Assembly: GCA_024405635.1 (NCBI GenBank) | Contig: JAKSOL010000004.1 | Location: 64,001 to 128,000, forward strand | Reading direction: 5' to 3' | DNA: 64,000 nucleotides | From: Salinivirgaceae bacterium | GTDB lineage: Bacteria > Bacteroidota > Bacteroidia > Bacteroidales > SZUA-534 | Part shown: piece by piece, positions 19,201 through 26,600 of the stretch | How the letters are laid out: every line of letters begins with the position of its first letter | Numbering within the stretch: position 1 is the first letter of the stretch | Position numbers and translations under genes: made by a program | The notes under the pieces: model-generated | The model's database searches: none | Seen by the model: the letters and a program-made list of their open reading frames with translations, nothing else | Told to the model about the DNA's origin: nothing

Positions 19201-20338
19201 GGTTTGCAATGCCTATGTTACCTGGATTTCCGTTTTCGTCATTTTTGTTGCTGCGGTTGCCAATAAAAGTTAGCGAACCATCGGTAGCCTTGGCAAATTC
19301 TTTGGGTTTGGTTGGAAATTTGCTCATTATTTGGCTAATGCCTTTGCCAGAACCAATTTGGGTAACTGTATCGGGATAGTTTAGGAAAATGGCATGGGTA
19401 ACCACAGTTTGGTCGTTTTGCCAGTCGGGCTGTGGAAATGTTACGTTACCCATCAACGGATTAGTGTCGAGGTTTGGGCTACTGCTCGATGCACTAGTAA
19501 TGCCGTGTTTGTAAAGTGTTTGGTTCGATGTGCCGTCAATCAAACCCACGTTGTTTGAGTAGAATTGAAACGCGCGAGGATCCATTCCGTTAGGCAAAAA
19601 GTTATAAACGTAGCCGTCTTTGGTTAGTATGTAAAGATCAGCAAACCAGTTTAAGTTAGCTCCATTTTCTGCAAGGTCGAGTGCGGCAGCGTAAAAGAAT
19701 ACACGGCCATCAATTGGTTTTTGTTTGTCAATGCCAAATACTGTAATGTCCCAAGCGCCAGTAACTGTATTGCATTCTGAAATGTTATCGTTCCAATTGC
19801 TTGCAGTTCCATACCCTCCAGTGGCTTCGCTTTGTGAGTAAAAACGGAACTCGTAAATACCATCTTCGGGCACAGTGAATGTGAGAGGAATGTAATAATT
19901 ATCAGGGCTCTGACTTGCGTTTATGCCATACCGTGGACCGTTCTTCTCTTTGGTACGAGTGTTAATGTAGCCTATGCAATTTGTGGAGTTAACGGTGCCT
20001 CGATTGTTTGTGCTTTTTGTAACGTTATATTTCCACTCAGTACCAGTCGATTGACGCACAATTGATATGTTGCAACCATATTTAGTGCTTTTAGTTGCGT
20101 TACTCGAACCAAAGCAAATGGTTTCGTCTTTGCGAGCAATAACCATAAGGGTAGTTTGCATTTCGCGACCAGCTTTTTTCCAAGAACTGGTGTAGTGTAG
20201 ATATGCACGTTTTGCGTTTGCGCTGGCATTCTTGGGGTTCATATTAAGTTTGTACGAACCTTCGGCCATGCTAAGCATTGGTAATAGAAACAAAGCTGCA
20301 AATAACATTGCCGCTTTGCAAAGTCTTGACTTTGTCAT
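10256..20338 (-). CDS. Giant T9SS-secreted surface protein/adhesin (3360 aa): unique N-terminal head, SdrD-B-like and DUF11-like Ig domains, many Listeria-Bacteroides (InlB B/Flg_new) repeats, type A CTD
   Basis: Signal peptide; IQGKVYFDNNQN..LAGITVTL; repeated PTKTGYTFGGYY..TLYAKWTAN units; DxDGDG motifs; C-terminal AYPNPT..DLSALPQGAYLIMVG. Confidence 0.88.
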   Translation of the reverse strand: MTKSRLCKAAMLFAALFLLPMLSMAEGSYKLNMNPKNASANAKRAYLHYTSSWKKAGREMQTTLMVIARKDETICFGSSNATKSTKYGCNISIVRQSTGTEWKYNVTKSTNNRGTVNSTNCIGYINTRTKEKNGPRYGINASQSPDNYYIPLTFTVPEDGIYEFRFYSQSEATGGYGTASNWNDNISECNTVTGAWDITVFGIDKQKPIDGRVFFYAAALDLAENGANLNWFADLYILTKDGYVYNFLPNGMDPRAFQFYSNNVGLIDGTSNQTLYKHGITSASSSSPNLDTNPLMGNVTFPQPDWQNDQTVVTHAIFLNYPDTVTQIGSGKGISQIMSKFPTKPKEFAKATDGSLTFIGNRSNKNDENGNPGNIGIANQGSGGMFTMNFDQQCTYELIINTNRDVDNFGNDVVVFDYRDKVIMNAASKGQNYIIWDGTDAQGNAVTKDADKYEVQLRVHGGEVHLPMFDVEGNPNGCILKLMNALATGSTSLNSNEQYAVYFDGGSYTTYNGTYVNVANRTPNPGTFTAGNPYYSNQSSGGALKFSYNANSLGNNSILDFWAYKTQEGDDYVKISEIAVDDADAIYNYGIIQGKVYFDNNQNQTWDASELGLAGITVTLWNADGSSQILDGNNEPFSAVTNGSGLFCMSAVPYPKGGNINYQIKYSSNSASGVAYNFTSGQNQTINVKQALTFAKNAGCYAGFDATIKTLTLTDKNGTSISGKKITEGDLVNVEIVVQNLNPTNAENVQVVFPTSISSSSTPTAVSGFPTAGTFNSGIWTVGTLASGSTATLKFTINPNAQGTYNYMARISCDNDAENDEKSVSFNVLALIGYNISFNANGGTGTIDAMTGSTTSSSITLPRGGFTRVGYTLQGWAQDANSNVKTWDLGGSYLFSTYSASNTLYAFWNPNTNTPYQVQHLGESLATAGTYTELFATAENKTGTTGTMTTEPASAKKTVTGFTFSEVQNVAIAGDGTSVVKYLYTRNSYNLNWVNDGNTTTISTKYQSNITAPSPTKTGYLLTWSTNADAVTGSVASTMPASDLTYYAIWTPLTYSISLSAEGGNLETSTIYENYNNGFYLTNTSGVVSNKMTVTTNAITVPTRTGYTFNGFYTAASGGSQYIDANGYITANASSTNFSANGALYAQWSVNNYDVVWYKNDGTSTTVESNSAAFGSSISAPANPSRTGYTFKGWSASNNGSTISSYGTVAVGGNKFYAIWSPNSYTITLNNQSATTAGTASITEVYGDSFSPSSITIPTKTGYNFGGYYTAANGGGTQCISATGVITVANTQFSANTTLYANWTVNEYTITLDRAGATNGTDVVYETYGSKYALTSNGTAVTSITVPTRTGYTFGGYYTAANGGGTQVIGTNGALPANTYFNASATLYAKWTANSYTISYSLNNGTAGSSAPTSALFDEVKNISNPTKTFTMAYNANSTGATIGKTTDSKAASFAGWTATGLASSALSGTASTNVTTSWTGTASTAQYFKNLASTNGASVALTATWTAPTFTLPSISKTGYSCKWNTAANGSGTNYEAGAAFTPSANDATNKTLYVIATANTYTISLNAQGGTQSVNTLYLTYATKFATTNGGAAVTTITVPTKTGYDFDGYYTATNGGGTKYIDATGKIVASNTATTANITLYANWTAKTYTITLDNQGATTAGTASLLLTYANAYSPASVTIPTRTGYTFGGYYTAINGGGTQYVNASGTILATSTTFTSNTTLYAKWTANSYTISYQPNGGSGTMAPSYMTYGVAGNLRANAFTRTGYTFSNWNTKENGSGTSYADKVLVSNLVSANNGSYTIYAQWSANTYAITLDNQSATTTGSATIYETFGSKFALTNGGAAMTASANAITVPTKTGYTFGGYYTEQDGEGTQFIGADGFLTTDASNTAFSEAGTLYAKWTANTYQVRYNANNGSGTMTNSSHTYNAAKTLSANSFTRTGYTFTGWNTAANGSGVNYTNSQSVTNLSNTNGAIVDLYAQWSANSYTITLNNASATTAGTQTIYLTFGKNYSLTDGGAAMTASANAITVPTKTGYIFGGYYTAANGAGTQYIDANGFITTNASNTNFSANGTLYAKWTAITYEVAYNGNGATNGTMTNSSHTYNVAKTLSANAFSRTGYTFAGWTANADGSGTNYTNSQSVTNLTTSNGNIVTIYAKWTANTYAITLDNQGATSAGTAAVYETYGNKFALTNGGAAMTASANAITVPTKTGYTFGGYYTAVNGNGTQMIDANGFITTTADNTAFSANGTLFAKWTVNNYTLTWDLNASHNGASASITSTTHTSGSIAYGTTILTPDVTNSGYELAGWSTSATGAVATISTMPANNVTYYAIWTAASGTPYTVKHYKMNLDGSTYTEANVETKYGTTGSTTAATAKTYEGFTAQSISQSTINGNGGTVITINYTRNQYTLTWNITNGGSATGSYTAAGSIYFDAPITAPTLVRAGYTGSWDNVISNMPATNTTFTSVWVANDNLYTVRHNLQNIDGTYTVDASSTQQLSGKTDAPTAAEAKSYTGFTSQTFSQKTITANANNDIDIFYNRNSYDLTWNLNGGTATNSYTSGSVVYGASITAPQLYKAGYSYSWDATPATTMPANALTYNAVWTAGATNYTVEHYFMQLDGTYPATATYSQTLSGLADAATVAVAKDTVGFTANFSQSTINGDGSTVVRIDYARNQHSLAWITTQGLVEASAYTEDGLVYYGTPLVAPTLNRNGFTYTWSPQVPATMPNSDATYTVVWEASDGIIYTVRHFTQELDGSYTLAESTTNTGKTGDLMEVIPNNYTGFTLNAFEAGTIAGDGSSVQDVFYSRNSYSVTWNIGDGIINLNMPYTHTSAMYQSPIVAPTLLRDGFDYTWAPEVNTMPANDISFTAIWSVKQYASVWLMNDGTDSVFFSKSLNFGDEIVAPATNPSRYGFTFAGWSHAADGDAETQFGTMTELGDTLFALWTENHLLISWTPNNGDITTTVELMRGEPIVAPANPSLDGYSFAGWSNSQNSNVAISDFGSATDTVEFFGLWNKNKYAITWAETETTSKVDSILFGEPIVAYTPTQAGFKFTGWATDNGTLVTNFGTMPSHNLTFVATWQQNTEINVDFTDDGICNLNCDIDGDGNPDLNIDTDGDGIADKNITDIKALIDFDAPNPFVTCENDDDLEISVTKSSALYNVNYSYTINGTADNSQNGITYTIPDSASAQGVIGITAQLGSSHLTKQIDYQVRKRFIRKMWDDVVSIVDVEHQFNNYVWMHNDKQVCTNAYYNEVGGLSGTYYLIATNKDGQTYYSCSMDFGPTIELTAYPNPTLNLVTIRGGNIEAGQSIKVFDANGQLLLQQTVDNNMQIDLSALPQGAYLIMVGNQSVNVVKQ
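13560..15200 (-). repeat. Near-identical intragenic tandem units (~530 bp period) within adhesin A
   Basis: GGAAMTASANAITVPTKTGY-coding DNA recurs near 13700, 14230 and 14760; MTNSSHTYN.AKTLSAN-coding DNA recurs near 14000 and 14530. Confidence 0.75.
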
Positions 20339-20382
20339 ATTGTTTGGTTTTTATTAAGTCTTAAAAAGTTTTTTCTAAACTA

Positions 20383-20390
20383 CAAAACTA
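20383..20390 (-). promoter_or_regulatory. Candidate Bacteroidota -7 promoter element for adhesin A
   Basis: TAGTTTTG on the minus strand matches TAnnTTTG, 45 bp upstream of the ATG. No clear -33 element. Confidence 0.45.
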
Positions 20391-20596
20391 ATACTTATTA
20401 ACAAATTGTTGATAAGTGTAAACGTTGATAATGGCTAAAAATCAGTCAAATACATCATTTAGCATGTGGTTGCAGTTTTTTTATTGATAAATAGAAGAGA
20501 AAAATGCTGAAGGGAAACGAGCATTCAGTAAAAAAAGCGCAGCAACATGGGCTTTTTTGCGCTGAAAATAAAAGTGCTGATTAGTGTAATTTGAAC

Positions 20597-21901
20597 TTAA
20601 ACAATAAGTTCTGACAATAGTTTAACTTGTTTTTCTCTTGAGAATTGTTCACTATTCTGGCAGTTGCAAGCAATTTCGCCACACTGAAATTGTGTATATA
20701 ATGTAGGTAATAGTTCCAAAAGATGTTGCTTGTTGCGTACAATAGTTCCAGCTTTTGCAGTTTCTATAATTTCTTTCTGCGGATTTAAGTTGCAATCTTC
20801 TTTCCCAAAATGACTTTGCTTTAATAGTAAAGCTTCATTGTCGTTGTCGTAACAAAACAAAATGTGCCTTTGCAATGCAACATAGTCGTAGATTTTTGTG
20901 CCTACTATAGAGTAATAATTGAACAAAAGCAAAATGTTATGCTTGGCAAGTTCCTTTAGTAAGTCTTTATTATTTAATTGGGGAACGATGTTTACGTATG
21001 GTTTTAATTGAGGATACTTTGCATCTAAAAGATGTTCAATTCCAATAAAGTCGCGAATGCCGAAGAAATTTATTTCAAAATTGTCAATTTGCTTTTTTGT
21101 TACAACTTGACAGAAACAATCGAGTACGCTATCTAACGGGTGATATTTGTAAATGGTACCAACGTAGGCAAACCTAAGTTTGTCTGATTGCTGTTGTATG
21201 TTCTTAATTGCGTTTATGGCGTCGGGGTCGTAGCCGTTGGCAATAACAAAAGCATCGTTTTTAACAAGGCTTTTGATTTTTGAAACAAAATAATCGTTAA
21301 CGGTGGTAACGAATTTTGCATTTGAGGTAAACTTTTTTTCAAAAAACGTGTTTCTCCAAAGCAGAAACCTGTTTTTACTTCTGGTAGGATCTTGAGTCCA
21401 TGGGTCTCTGTAGTCGGCAATCCATGGAATGTTATGCAATCTGCTTAATTCAGATGCGTATTTAAAAAGAACAAAAGGTTCGCCAGTTGCTATAATGTAA
21501 TCAACCGAATTGTGCTGCAAGTACTTTTTGGCGCCCTTATATATGCCCGCTTTTGGTCCTATGTTAAAAATGTATTGAACATTGTCGAAAAACGCACTGA
21601 TGGCTTTACGTATAAAAGCATATTTGTTTTTTCCGTGTTTAAGCAGAATCTTGTTTGCAATATTGGGTTTATAAGGTGTACGTATTATGGTGCCATATTC
21701 GGTTTCTTCAACAATAGTTTCTTGTGTTGCCGAAGGGGCAATGTAGTCTAATTCGTTACCATATTTGTTTTCCCATTGGCGCGTAACAACAATAGGGTAA
21801 ACTCCATTTTTTTTAAGGTACTTATACCAGGCAAATGGGCGCAATCCTCCAACTGAAACATAAGGAGGAAAGTCGTATGCCAGGATAAGTAATCGTTTCA
21901 T
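20597..21901 (-). CDS. Glycosyltransferase, GT4/GT-B fold
   Basis: LILAYDFPPY..GGLR, PWIADYRDPW, VIANGYD, YVGTIY, GTKIYDY. Confidence 0.85.
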   Translation of the reverse strand: MKRLLILAYDFPPYVSVGGLRPFAWYKYLKKNGVYPIVVTRQWENKYGNELDYIAPSATQETIVEETEYGTIIRTPYKPNIANKILLKHGKNKYAFIRKAISAFFDNVQYIFNIGPKAGIYKGAKKYLQHNSVDYIIATGEPFVLFKYASELSRLHNIPWIADYRDPWTQDPTRSKNRFLLWRNTFFEKKFTSNAKFVTTVNDYFVSKIKSLVKNDAFVIANGYDPDAINAIKNIQQQSDKLRFAYVGTIYKYHPLDSVLDCFCQVVTKKQIDNFEINFFGIRDFIGIEHLLDAKYPQLKPYVNIVPQLNNKDLLKELAKHNILLLFNYYSIVGTKIYDYVALQRHILFCYDNDNEALLLKQSHFGKEDCNLNPQKEIIETAKAGTIVRNKQHLLELLPTLYTQFQCGEIACNCQNSEQFSREKQVKLLSELIV

Positions 21902-21926
21902 TTTTGTATCAATTTTACCGCCATTC

Positions 21927-22535
21927 TTACTCCAACTCGCCCTTTCCTTCGCGAATTATCTCAAAGTCGTTTGTAGTGCAATCAACTACTGTTGAGGGTT
22001 GGTTGTCGCCATAGCCGCCATCAATAACAAAATCGACTAAGTGACCGTACTTTTCGTTTATCAGTTCGGGGTCGGTAATGTATTCTTCAATGTCGTTGTC
22101 GGCATGAATGGAGCTTGATAGCATTGGGTTGCCCAATTGTGCAATAATGGCTTGCAGTATGTTGTTGTTGGGTATGCGAACTCCAACTGTTTTGCGTCGC
22201 ATTTTAAATTGGCGAGGAATGTTGCTATTTGCCTCAAGCACAAAAGTAAAAGGACCTGGGGTGTTGCGTTTTATCAACTTAAAGGCAGGTGTTGGCAGTT
22301 TGGTGTAGTCCGATACGTGCGATATGTCGCTAAAAACAAAAGAAAAAAAGGCTTTGTTCATATCTACGCCTTGTATTTTTGCCAAGCGTTCAACGGCCTT
22401 GTGTTGGTTAATGTCGCAACCAATACCATATATAGTGTCGGTTGGGTATATAATAACTCCGCCGTTTTTCAGCACTTCAACCACGCGGTCAATCTCGCGT
22501 TTGTTAGGATTGTCGGGGTGAATTTTCAGTATCAT
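21927..22535 (-). CDS. Sua5/YciO/YrdC family L-threonylcarbamoyladenylate synthase-like protein
   Basis: GGVIIYPTDTIYGIGC, PGPFTFVL, RKTVGVRIP, IDGG..PSTVVD. ATG at 22535 preferred. Confidence 0.9.
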   Translation of the reverse strand: MILKIHPDNPNKREIDRVVEVLKNGGVIIYPTDTIYGIGCDINQHKAVERLAKIQGVDMNKAFFSFVFSDISHVSDYTKLPTPAFKLIKRNTPGPFTFVLEANSNIPRQFKMRRKTVGVRIPNNNILQAIIAQLGNPMLSSSIHADNDIEEYITDPELINEKYGHLVDFVIDGGYGDNQPSTVVDCTTNDFEIIREGKGELE

Positions 22536-22581
22536 AGTTGTTTGTTTTTGGTTTGCCAAAAGGGGCTAATTACTAAAACAA

Positions 22582-23268
22582 TTATTTGTTATAGGGTTTG
22601 TGTATGGTATGCCACAACTTTTCAAATTCGGTTTTGTATTGCTGAACTAGCGCATAGTTGCTGGTAACCAAAAGGTTTTCTTGGTTGTGCTTTATTGCGG
22701 TGTATGTCCAGTTAAAACTGCCAGTAAATAGCAACCTTGAGTCAATAATACCAAATTTGTTGTGCATCAGGTGTTGCGAGTGGTTTGTTCGTAACGGAAT
22801 GTGCTTTTTCTGCAAGAAACTTATCATTGAGCCTGTGTCGGTGGTTTTGTTTATGTCCGACACCAATCGCACTTTAATCCCACGGTTGCGCGCCTCAACC
22901 AATTCGGTAGCAAGCGGCTTGTAACTTATTGTGTATATGCACACATCGATGCTGCGGTGTGCGTGCCTAATCAAATCAAGAATGGTTGTGGGAATGTCGT
23001 CGCTTGGGCTAAAGTAAGCGTGGTGAAAACGAAAAGTGTAGCGGTCAATGGTGTCGAAACAGTTTTCGAGCCATATAAGTGTGTCAAGCTCGGGGCGGCG
23101 AACCGACAACCGATGCGCATAATTAAACAGCAGTTTCTTCATGTCGCCGCGGCCCACTCGGTCTATTTGGTTTATCTTGTCAATAATCTCTTGCGGTATT
23201 TGATCTTGAAACCGTTCGCCAATGTGCTTCACAAAGTATTCGGCTATTTCGTATTTCACTTTATTCAT
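22582..23268 (-). CDS. Phospholipase D-superfamily single-HKD protein (Nuc/Zucchini-like)
   Basis: YFSP, SIDVCIYTI, HNKFGIID (HKD), TGSFNWT..A...NQENLL. Confidence 0.85.
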   Translation of the reverse strand: MNKVKYEIAEYFVKHIGERFQDQIPQEIIDKINQIDRVGRGDMKKLLFNYAHRLSVRRPELDTLIWLENCFDTIDRYTFRFHHAYFSPSDDIPTTILDLIRHAHRSIDVCIYTISYKPLATELVEARNRGIKVRLVSDINKTTDTGSMISFLQKKHIPLRTNHSQHLMHNKFGIIDSRLLFTGSFNWTYTAIKHNQENLLVTSNYALVQQYKTEFEKLWHTIHKPYNK

Positions 23269-23581
23269 TCCTGCTGAAATTTGCCGTAAGATAAGGCTTT
23301 AACGTAATATGAAGTGATGCTTTGTGGCGATTTTTATAAAAATGTAGGTTTATGTATCGGCCATTTGCATCAAAATATATTGCCTACTTGCTATAACACT
23401 AATAGTAGTGTGCCTTTTGTGCAGTTTTGGATCTTTGCAATCGGTTGTAAATGAGTGCGTAAATGCCAATATGTGGCACTTTATTAACATGTTTATTAAC
23501 CGTTCGCGTGGCAAATGTTGCATCTTATATAGTTTCAATGTGCACTGGTGTAAAAAAAAATACAGTTGGCATTTAACTATA

Positions 23582-23589
23582 TACGTTTG
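23582..23589 (+). promoter_or_regulatory. Candidate -7 promoter element for adhesin B
   Basis: TACGTTTG matches TAnnTTTG, 28 bp before ATG 23618. Confidence 0.5.
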
Positions 23590-23617
23590 TGCACTAGAAT
23601 CAAAAAACCATACTCAA

Positions 23618-26600
23618 ATGAATTTGAAAAACAAACTGGTATTTGCGTTGATGCTGTGTGCATCGGCAGTATTTGCACAGGTTGAAGAAAGTAGTACCGA
23701 TTTTGGTGAGGGTATTGCTTACGACTACGATTATTATAGCAATGGAGAAGAGGCTGGTGGAGTTTATTTTAAACTCGATGCTTCAACATTACAGGCTACA
23801 GTTGTTGCTGGTCCGTTCCAATATCGTGGCGATGTTGTAATTCCTGCAACTGTTACGGTTGATGGAAAAACCTACGCTGTTACTACTATTGGTAAAATGG
23901 CGTTTTGTAACTGCTTGGAATTGAATTCAGTTAAGTTGGGCGACAATGTTGAAACCATTAAAACACAGGCTTTTTACATTGCCGACAATGCTACAAGTGG
24001 TTCAGCTCGTCCGTTTTTTATGGACCTCGATGCTCCAAAACTTAAAACTCTTGAGTCTAACTGCTTTTATTCAACTTATGTTATTGGTAATACCGACATT
24101 AACGGCAACGCTGTAACAAGCAATACCGCTACCAATTCAGTAATTAAAATTGGTAAAAACGTACAGACTATTGGTAGTGGTATTTGGCAATGGGGCGGCG
24201 GCAACTATGCGCAAAAATTTGTGGTTGACCCCGAAAACCAATACTACTGCACCGACGAGTATGGCATTCTATATAGCAAAGACAAAAAAACATTGGTAAT
24301 TGCTCCACGCTATTTGAAACTAGCAATGGGCAACCCAACAACCTTTGAATATAACATTCCCGAAACCGTGACATTGGTTCACAGTTTTGCTTTTTATTTT
24401 GTATCAACCAACAACTGGCTTAGTCTTACTGGTCTCGATGGCATTTCATCAATAACCAGTTGTACAGTTGGTAGCGCAATTAAGTCGCTCAACATTGGTC
24501 GCAATGTTAAAACAGTAAACATTGGTGGTATTATGTATTCAGGCTATACCGATTACACAGTATCGGAAGGTAGCCCATATTTCACTGTTATTGACCACGT
24601 GCTTTACAAGTTGAACAGCAGCGGTCAACCATCGGAACTTGTTCATGTATCGCGCGCAAGCCGCAGCGACACTGTTCGCCTTCCTGCAACTGTTACATCA
24701 ATCGGAACGTATGCTTTTTACAGCAACCAATATGTTAAAGGAATTGACTGCTCAAAAGCAACAAACCTAACCTCCATTGCCGAAACTGCAGCTCATGGCG
24801 CAAAATTTGAGATTGAGTATTCTAATCTTCCTCCGGGCGACAATTCGCCTATTTATGTTGACCAATACGGTATTCAATATTCAAAAGACCGAAAGAAAAT
24901 GTTGCTTTGGAGTTCAAACGTCAAAGCCGATACTGTTATTCTGCCTGTTGAATTAACAACAATTTCGGTTTCGGCATTGCGCGAAAACAATTACATTCAG
25001 CACATTGTGATGGGAAAGAATGTGAGCAGCATTGCCGACCAAACATTTAATCATCGCTTTGCCAATCTTAAGAGTTTTAGTGTTGATCCAAATAACAAAA
25101 ACTTTAAAAACGACGAAAGCGGTGCTCTTTACTCAAAAGATGGCAAAAAACTTCGTTGTTTCCCTCGTGGCAACGATAGCTTAACTTACAAGGTACTACA
25201 AGGCACTACCGAGTTGCCTCGTTATAAAGTTTTTTCGGGTAACAAAAACTTGCAGATTATTGACCTTGGTAACACAATGACCAAAGTTGATGAGCAAACC
25301 ATTACCGATATACCAAACTTGAGTCTTATTCGTGTGGGAACTAAAAACCCACCTCACGCATATCTAAGCTCGTTCTCTTCAAACATGTATGGACGTGTGC
25401 GTTTGTATGTGCCAAAAGAATTTGAGAGATACTACGAAACTGCATCAATTTGGAACAAGTTTGTGATTATTAAAGACTTGGCAGAGTATGAAAAAGACGT
25501 TGAAACTCTTGAAATTGAAGTTCCTGTTGAAATTTACGAGGAGAATATTGACGACAACGACTATACTTTTGCATCAACCAAAAACGGTTACAAAGTAGTC
25601 TTTAGAGAGTGGACTAACTACGACATGGAAACCTACAAAGAGGGTTTCACTATTAAACGTCCAATACAGCAAAAACAAATCAACCGCGGCGGTCAAGCTA
25701 TATCGATTTATGCAATCCGTAATCGTTACAATGTATCGTGGAAGGTTGGCGACACCGAAGTTTCTTCAGCTTCGTTAAAATATGGTGCGCAAATTTATCC
25801 TCCTGTTGATCCTGCTGCTCCAGTTGACTACAAATTCATTGGTTGGAGCACCAATGCTTCGGCTACATCGGCAATAAACTTTAGCGATGTTTACACCGTG
25901 CCAGCAAACAACATTACTTTCTATGCAATTTTTGTAAAGAAAGATGCTGCAAACTACACAGTGAACCACTACAAACAAGACCTTGGAGCCAAAACATACA
26001 CTTTGGTTAGCACACAAACAGGTTCCGATATTCAAGACCGTAACACCAATGCCGTTGCCGAGTCGTATGAAGGATTTACCGTTGTACCATTTAGCCAAAA
26101 GGTTATTGCAGGCGATGGCTCAACTGTGGTGAATATTTATTACAACCGCAACAGTTACAGCCTAGGTTGGAATTTTGCCGACGGAACACCTTCTGATCAA
26201 AACTACACCAAATCGGGTAGTGTACAATATGGCGCAGCTCTTGTTGCTCCAACTCTTTTGCGAACCGGCTACGACATGGCTTGGGAAACAACTATTCCAA
26301 GCACAATGCCTGCTCAAGATGTTACTTACACAGCAGTTTGGACAGCAAAAGAATATCCAATTAAATGGATGATGAACGACGGCACCGATGTTGTTTACTC
26401 ATCGGGCAATGTGAATTATGGTACCGACATTGTTGCTCCTGCAGTTAATCCATCGCGTGTGGGTTACACTTTTGAAGGTTGGAGCGATTCGGAAAATGGT
26501 GCTGTTATTGCAAATCTTGGTAAAATGAACACTACAAGCCAAGTAACTTACTACGCAGTGTGGACAATAAAACAATACACCGCAACTTGGCATCTTAACA

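Noticed and set aside
10845-20229. Numerous 60-180 aa ORFs overlapping adhesin A, and similar ones over adhesin B
   Set aside because: Shadow ORFs caused by biased Thr/Ala/Asn/Gly codons in long repeat genes; they carry no recognisable motifs.
22582-23268. PLD nuclease as part of an anti-phage system
   Set aside because: Its neighbours are Sua5 and a glycosyltransferase with host-like codon usage; there is no defence partner gene.
23552-23560. A9 tract upstream of adhesin B as a phase-variation switch
   Set aside because: A/T runs of this length are common in intergenic DNA in this window; there is no supporting evidence.
23408-23617. 70 aa N-terminal extension of adhesin B given by the ORF track
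   Set aside because: The signal peptide starts at ATG 23618 and a -7 promoter box lies inside the extension.
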